From NCBI GenBank assembly GCA_004431415.1, contig QPMI01000408.1, forward strand, positions 1,163,364 through 1,227,363: 64,000 nucleotides of DNA, written 5' to 3'. Below the pieces are notes generated by a model, which saw only the letters and a program-made list of their open reading frames with translations, ran no database searches and was not told the DNA's origin. The position numbers and the translations under genes were made by a program. Shown one piece after another: positions 57,501 through 64,000 of the stretch (positions are counted from its first letter, which is position 1; each line of letters starts with the position of its first letter). This stretch comes from Cyanophora paradoxa CCMP329. Taxonomy: Eukaryota; Plantae; Glaucophyta.

Positions 57501-60500
57501 AGTGGAGCAGGAGCTCTACGGGCGCGCCTGCACGCCCGCCGGCCACGCCCCCATGCGCTACCTGACGCAGGTCCGAGCCGCGGCGCGCGCGCCCCGGCCC
57601 GCCGGCCGCTCGCCCCTCGAGCTCCGACGCGGCGGGCAGAACTACCGCTCGCACGCGGGGATCGTGGGGCTGGCGTCGACGCTGCTGGACGTGCTCGAGG
57701 TCCTCTTCCCCGGCGCCCTCGACCGCCTGCCCCGCGACTCCGGTGCCCCCTTGCCCTCCCCCTCCCCCCCCCCCCCCCATCCGTCCCTCCCTTCCCCCAT
57801 ATCCCAGGGCCCCCTCCTCCCCTAGCTCCCCTCCCAACCCACAGCCCCCCCCCTTCCCCCCCTCCTCCTCCCCCCCTCCCAAACAAATCGGCCCCCCACT
57901 CCCGCCCTGCGCAATGCGCTGCTGAGCTCCCTGCTGCTTCGTCGCCGCAGGCATCCGGGAGGGCGAGCCGCCCGTCACGCTCCGCAGCGGCAGCGAGGCC
58001 GCTCTGGAGGCGTTCCTCTTCGGCGCGGGGCGCGGCGCCGCGGACCGTCGCCTCGGCGCCGAGCAGGTCCGCCCGCCCCGGGCCCGCCCGCGCCGCGGCG
58101 GGTCCGTGAGGCCGAGGGGCGGCAGGTGGTGCTGGTGCGGACGGCGGCGTGCAAGGCGCGGGTGCCGTCGTTCCTGCGGCAGAGCGTGGCGCTGACCGTC
58201 GAGGAGGCCAAGGGCCTCGAGTTCGACGCCATCCTCCTGTGCGCCGATGATTCTTTCCCGGCGGCCCTTCTCGCGGCCTCGCTCAGATCCGCGCGCTGCG
58301 CCGGCGCAGGCTGGACTTCTTCCGCGAGTCGCGGGCGGAGGAGGACCGCCTGTGGCGCGAGGCGCTGCGAGCGTGCGAGGAGGAGGTCGTCGCCCGCGCG
58401 ACGGCCGCCGGCGCCGGCTCCTCCGCGCCCGGCGACGGCGAGTCGTCTTCGGTGCGCAGGGCGCCTGCAGCGGTGTTTGCCTCGCGCTGCTGAGGGCCGC
58501 CGCCGCAGAGGGCGCAGGGGCCGGACCCGTCGGCGCCGCGGATGCAGGCGATCGCGCTGGAGCTGCGGCTGCTGTACACGGCCGTCACGCGCGCCCGCGA
58601 GCAAGTCTGGTCCGCCCCCTCGCTCCCGAGCCCCGGCAAGAGGCTGCTGATATCTGTGATGGGAAAGGATCTTCGACGCTGACGGCGGGGCGCGGGGCTC
58701 CGGGGCCTCCCGCCGCCAGGCCTTCATCGGCCTCCTGCACAAGTGCCGCGCCGTGCAGGTGCTTTCGCTCTGATTGACGAGTGGATCCGCGATCGCTGAC
58801 GGCTGGGCAGGACGAGACGACGGCCGGCACGGCGCCGCGGCGAGTGGAGAGCACTGCAGCCGATTGGGTGCGCTTTGCGCAGCCACTAAGACTGAATTCG
58901 GCGCTTCGTCTGACGCGTCTCGCCGCAGCGCCGGAAGGCGCGGGAGTACGAGCGGCTCGGGCTGCACGAGGCGGTCGCCCGCGCCAACGCCATCGCCGCC
59001 GAGCTCGACGCCGCCGCAACGGCCGCCGTCGCTTCCGCGTCCGGCGAGGCCGAGAGCGAGGCAACGGGGGCTCAGCCCGCAACGTCCGGCAGCGCTCCGG
59101 AAAAGCCGTCGACGCCTCCGAAATCTGCCTCGAACGAGGCCCGGTCGCAGCTGCTGGAGAAAGCGAAGCGGGCGCTGAACAGGGCGAGAGGTGCGCAGTA
59201 CTCGTACTTCTCTCCGCATCGATGAGGTGTGAGCGCCTCGCAGAGCGCAAGAACGCGGCGGAGAAGGCGGAGGACCTGCGCTCCGCGGCCGCCCTTCTCG
59301 AGCAGGCCGGCGAGCTGCTAGCGCTCCGCGCGGCAAAGGCGTATCTCGAGTGCGCAGAAATGTGCTCCGGTCACGCCGCGCCTTCCCGCCTTGATTGGGG
59401 CCTTCTCGCAGCGCTGGGGAGCACGGGCAGTCAGCCGAGCTGTTCGACCGCGCGGGGCAGCCGGCGGAGGCCTGGTCTGTCTGGAAGCAGTCAGGCCGCT
59501 GGGCCGACGCCGCTGCGGTGAGCTGCTTGTTGTTTCGCCTCAGCTTTTGGCTTTGCGATTGCCGACGGTCTTCGCGCAGTACTACGAGGCGCGCGGATGC
59601 ATGGAGCTTGCGCTCGAGGCGCTCGAGAGCGCCGGAATGTGGGGCGAGTGCTTCGAGCTGGCGAAGAAGCACCCCGCGTTGGTCATAGACGGCGGCGTCG
59701 GCGGGGCGGACGAGGAGGTGCCGCCGAACGTGTCGTCGCGGCAGCGCGGCCTGGCGTACTACGCGTTCAAGTGCTGCCTCCCGCTGCTCGAGGCGGTCGG
59801 GGCCGACCTCCAGCGCGACCCGCCCTCCGCCCGGCAGCTCGCCGCGTTCAACGTACTTATTGACGCCGTCTCGGAGAGAGATAAAGAGGACGATTCTCTA
59901 CCGCCACGCCCTGGGGTGCGAGCTTTACTCACCTGCCTTCACGCTCGAGCTCGAGGCTGACGTTGTACTTCTGCTGCTCTTCAGTTCGACAAAGTCCTCT
60001 CTTCGCCCCGGCATTTTCAAGCACCTGGGGCACGTGCTTTAATTTTCTGCAGCAGCGTTTCGGTTCTCTGACGCGCTATAATTCAGCTTTTGGAGTTTCT
60101 TTCCTCATGCAAGTACCCATCGCTGCTGAGATGGCTCGTTCGAGTTTTTGGCGCCAAGTGCAAAAGTTTCGAAGATCACGCAGCATTCTGCAGCCGTAAG
60201 CTTTGACCCACGTTTTCGCGTTCTTTTTCAGACGAAGGCTGTCTGCTCAGAGCACCGTTTACCGGAGTGGCTTTGGGGACACGTGTGCAATTTCTACAGA
60301 GCTTTTGAGGACGGAAGGCGAAACGGTAATTATCTTTATTTTGCTCTGACGTGTAATTATAATGAAGAGATATCGCTGTCTGACAATCGGGAGTACCGCA
60401 ACGCAGTTGCCGCTGTGATTGCAGAGCAGAGCGCTGACCCGAAAACGGTTTCCGTCGGTTCAACCGAAGAACTCTATGACGCTCTCCAACGCAGCCGAGA

Positions 60501-61229
60501 TAGCCCGTGCAGAGCAACCCGAATCGTTTTGCGTCCTGGCAGGTGCACGCACTGTGCATGCTCAGCATTTCTTTCAGCAAAGTACACGCTCTGATTCAGC
60601 GATCCGACAGGTACGTCCTCTCGAGGGGACTGGACATCAACTCGTCGGTTTCCATCTATGGGGAGCGGTCCTCCGTTTTGGACGGGTCAGAGCTCTCGGA
60701 GGGCGACAACCTGATCGCGATCGACGGCTGGAAGGCACCGGTGGACACCGCGCGACCTGTCGACCCTGCCTACGGCGAAGCGAAGCGGCTCAGGGTCGAA
60801 GTCTCGCTCGTCGGCTTCGCGATCGAAGACAAGCGTCGGCGCCCCGCCCCGCTCGCGTCTGCGGCGCCGTCCCCGTCCACCGTTTCAGTGCGGGGTCCGG
60901 CGGCCGCGTTCGTGAGGGGCTGCACGATCGTCAGCCAGCGCGGCGTCTGCATTGACGTCAACTCCGACGACTGCGAGCCATCGTCCTCTTGTCAGACCGA
61001 CGGCACCGATTGTGACGGGCCACCGAGATTGGTGAACGTGAGCTGCGTTTACAGTGTGATCCGCGGCGGGCAGAGCTCGATCGCTGTGCGAATCCGCCAG
61101 TCCAAGGCTTTCTTCGGAATGAATGAGATCCACGGAGATGGTGCGTGGCCGTTGAATTCGCTTATATATACAATTCATTATATCAAACTTGAAGAACGTC
61201 TATATATACAATTCATTATATCAAACTGA
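54528..61229 (+). CDS. TRANK1/Lba1-like SF1 (UvrD-like) helicase with RelE-like N-terminal domain, TPR-like repeats and a C-terminal parallel beta-helix
   Basis: Helicase motifs NGRPGTGKT (~55849-55875), YVDEVQ|DFT, SGDSAQAIARG|VSFRFSDL, LTQ|NYRSHAGI, GAEQ|VVLVR, LTVEEAKGLEFD and ELRLLYTAVTRAR. TPR-like SAELFDRAGQPAEA. A few apparent indels; the 3' end abuts the retroelement. Confidence 0.88.
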
Positions 61230-61234
61230 AGAAC
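61163..61234. repeat. ~35-bp tandem duplication at the helicase/retrotransposon junction
   Basis: TATATATACAATTCATTATATCAAACT(T)GAAGAAC at 61163 and 61201. Confidence 0.92.
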
Positions 61235-62920
61235 TTGAAGTTCGGTTTCGGGTCCCAATTTATCAAGTGGGTCCGCCTGCTCTACTCTGATCTGCAGGGT
61301 TCTGTTCACATTAACGGCTGGACCTCCGCCCCTTTCCCCATTCGATGCGGTGTACGTCAGGGTGGCCCCCTTTCGCCCTATCTATATAATTTGTGCACAC
61401 ACCTTTTAGCCCTTTTGATTAATGCTGATGCTCGTATACGAGGTGTCCGCTTGTCCTCTAGCTCTCTTTGCAAGGTGCTCCAGTTTGCAGACGACACGGT
61501 TCCTTTAATCTCGTCTTTTACCGAATTGCCTTTCTGGAAAGAGTGCTTTGATAAATACTGCCGGCTCTCTGGAGCTCTTATTAATCTCGAGAAATCTAGC
61601 CTTCTTCCACTCCGCGATATCCCCGCACATGCCTGGCCTAGCGTCGAGGACTGCCCCTGGCGGCGTCTTCAGGTGACGGATCTCCCTCCCGCTGAAAAAA
61701 TTCGAAAATACCTGGGCTTTCCACTAGAGCCCGATCTGTCCCGGTTCTGGCGGAAAAAGACCGCTGCTCTTGATATCCGTGTCCAGCAAGCGAAGACTTA
61801 TCGCATGCCGATGCGTTCCGGCGTTCTCCTTGCCTGGGCTGTATTTATTGGGTCCCTACATTATGCTCTATATTTGCTTGACCCCCTGATGCTCAGTATT
61901 CGACATGGCAAGAGAAGCTTCGCGCTTTTGCTGGCGTGAGCGGGCAGCTTTCGAAGTATATTTCTCCTCTGCCGTGGCGTCAAGGTGGTCTCAACTGCCC
62001 GGATATTCGAGCTTTTTCGTTATCGCTGAAAATGAAGTGGGTGGCCTTGCTCGCTGACCCCTCTTGTTCAGCTCCTTGGAAGGAGTACCTCTTGAGCAAA
62101 CTGACGCTCAGCTGGCACCTTTTTCCTATGGCCCCGCCCTTGTCTCGCTCGCCTCCCACTTGACAGACTTGACTTGCCTCCTATTTGGAAGCGGACTCTC
62201 TCCGAGTGGGCTCAGCGCCAGGGCGTGTGTCAACCTCGTAACTCTCCCGAAGTGTTATCCCAACTCTTTTCTTCAATCCTCTGTTCAGTACTCCCGGCGA
62301 CGAGGTCGACTGGAGTCGCTGTGCACGGTCCGGCTTGCTGCGGGTCTGCGATATCTGGGATTGTGCTGCCCGGGGGTTCCGGGCTCCAGCAGCTGCCTCC
62401 TCCGCCCTCCACTCCTTTTTCCCTAGTCTGTGTTCTGCGCTCCCGGCTACTTGGCGCCAGGTTCTCGAGGCCCCTGCATCGCCGCCTCCGCATCTCTGGT
62501 GGTCCGGACCGGACGCCTCGTTTGCTCTCCTTCGAGGCCCAAGTGGTACTTTTGTGTTGCCTTCCCCGTTCGCGATAACCAGATAATTCCACGGGTGCTG
62601 GACTACATACCGCGCGTTCCTTGCCGCCCTGCGGCTTCCCACCCTGTGGGCCTATCCTCGAGCTCCAATTCAATTCTGTCCCGTTTGCTCCCGCTGCATG
62701 TTTGCTTCAGCGTTTTTTTTGCAAAAGTGGACGTCGCATTGATACACCACGGCACATGTATCAATGTTCTACGTGACGCGCCCTTCCGACCGGTCATCTA
62801 TCTAGCCGAAGATGCTAGCGAGGTGCCGGCCATGGGTCGCTCAATATGGGAGGTTCGCCTGAGTGGGGGAGCCATGGTTTTCGGTGATAGCCGTAACCAG
62901 ACCCGCGCGCCCACCCCTTG
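61235..62920 (+). mobile_element. 5'-truncated, frameshifted non-LTR retrotransposon (L1/Tx1-like ORF2 reverse transcriptase)
   Basis: GFGSQFIKWVRLLY, GVRQGGPLSPYLY, QFADDT, SGALINLEKS, KYLGFP and PWRQGGLNCPDI. Intronless, lower GC, RT N-terminus missing; 3' boundary approximate. Confidence 0.92.
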
Positions 62921-63289
62921 ATCAACTCCTCCATCCCTCATGAGCCCTGGAAGTGAAATGTCTCGCAGTCCGCCGCCCTCCCTTGCCGCCGCTCCGCCAC
63001 CCCTCCTCCTCCTCACTCTGCCTCCTCCTCCTCCTCACCTGCGCCCCAGGACCCCGATTAATCGGTGTCCCGTCTTGTCGAGTGAAGAAGGTGGTAGGAG
63101 GAAGATATGAGGAAGGAGAGGGAGTGGGCGGAGGCAGCAGCTTGGGCGGGCAGCGGATGCGGGGCAGGCAGGGAGGGTGCCGGGACAGCAGTGTGGAGTG
63201 AGCGTGGGCATTGGCAGGCGGCGCAGAGAGCTGGGAGTGCGGGGACGAGGCGGGCCGCGAGGGGTCGGGAGGGGTCGACCGGGTTAGAG

Positions 63290-63425
63290 GGGGGGGCCGA
63301 GGCCAGGGGGGTGGCCGAGGCCGATGGGGTGGCCGAAGCCGGGGGGGGGGGCCGAAGCCGATGGGATGGCCGAAGCCGAGGGGGGCCGAAGCCGTGGGGG
63401 GCCGAAGCCATAGGGGTGGCCGGAG
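63290..63425. repeat. Degenerate ~18-bp tandem repeat (GGGGTGGCCGAAGCC-like) inside a Pro/Ala-rich minus-strand ORF
   Basis: Repeated GGCCGA(A/G)GCC cores. Confidence 0.75.
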
Positions 63426-64000
63426 TCAACGAGGGGTTCGATACTTGTGAGTCGGTTGGGCTGGGGAGGGACCGTAGGGGCGGCGGGGCGGCATCGTGTG
63501 GGGTCCCGGTCGGGGGGCCGGCTGAAGCGAGGAGGGGGGGGGAGAGTCGGCTACTTGAAGCGTCGTTAGTGGTTTGTACACTCCAGGTGCGAAGAGGGAC
63601 GTGATTGTGGGTTGTCCAGCGGGTATCGACACCGTTCGCGCTTTCTTGGTCCCGCGCTTGGGGTCTTGCGACCGGCTGCCTTTCTTTCGCCGTAGGTACG
63701 GGTGGGGCGGGTGCAGAGGCGGGAAGGGGAGGGGTCATGGGCACGGGCGTTTGGGTGCCGGGGCGGGGGAGTATCGGTTGTCCGTTTGCGTGAGGCAGGC
63801 GACGGGCGAGTTCGTTCGAGGGAGGGGCCAGGGGGGCGTTGGGCGGGCGCTTGGAAGGTTGAGTAGCGGACGTAGGCCCGCGGGCAAAGCGGGCAGGGTG
63901 CCATTGTTGGGGTTCTTGTGGGAAGGCTGCGTTGGGGTGCAGCAGGTTGGGAGGCAGGTCTAGAGTATGAGGTGGTCTCCGGGCGAGCGGGGCACTTTCC

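Noticed and set aside
54482-59672. Long Arg/Pro/Ala/Gly-rich ORFs (e.g. 54482-56437 +, 57975-59672 -) as separate genes
   Set aside because: They are stop-poor shadows of GC-rich spliced genes, with no family motifs of their own.
63058-64000. Minus-strand Pro/Ala-rich ORF as a retroelement ORF1 or host gene
   Set aside because: It is low complexity with no recognisable motif and is cut by the window edge, so it cannot be assigned.
1-64000. tRNA or rRNA genes
   Set aside because: None recognised by eye; a tRNAscan-SE/Infernal run would be needed to exclude small ncRNAs.

Overview
This is a GC-rich (roughly 65-75% by eye), intron-dense eukaryotic nuclear window, so most ORFs in the six-frame track are antisense or frame shadows. 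I rebuilt genes by splicing exons by eye (donors GT or often GC, branch CTGAC/CTAAC, acceptor YGCAG); gene ends are approximate. A Phe-containing plastid-type transit peptide (MSLAFALP...), a type-1 opsin and the intron style suggest a primary-plastid alga, possibly a glaucophyte (inference). Genes left to right: atypical kinesin, Yippee, DnaJ-type Zn-finger, nicotinamidase, SLC25A39/40-like carrier, secreted/anchored surface protein, plastid LCM-family methyltransferase, Pro/Ala/Gln repeat protein, F-box/LRR, SPIDR-like OB-fold protein, microbial opsin, triple helix-extension-helix (HeH)-like repeat protein, a short chimeric duplicate, a multipass membrane protein, a ~16 kb TM/PAS adenylyl cyclase, a Zn-finger 3'-5' exonuclease head-to-head with a RelE-like/UvrD/TPR/beta-helix TRANK1-like gene, and a 5'-truncated non-LTR retrotransposon. 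Four candidates stand out. (1) An opsin whose retinal Lys is displaced one residue (DVYKQ), with the counterion replaced by Gln and a ~160-aa N-terminal extension. (2) The divergent exonuclease/helicase pair, which looks like a nucleic-acid defence module. (3) Regional TpA (GTAC/CTAG) enrichment with RIP-like CpA>TpA differences between local duplicates. (4) Very frequent GC-AG introns.
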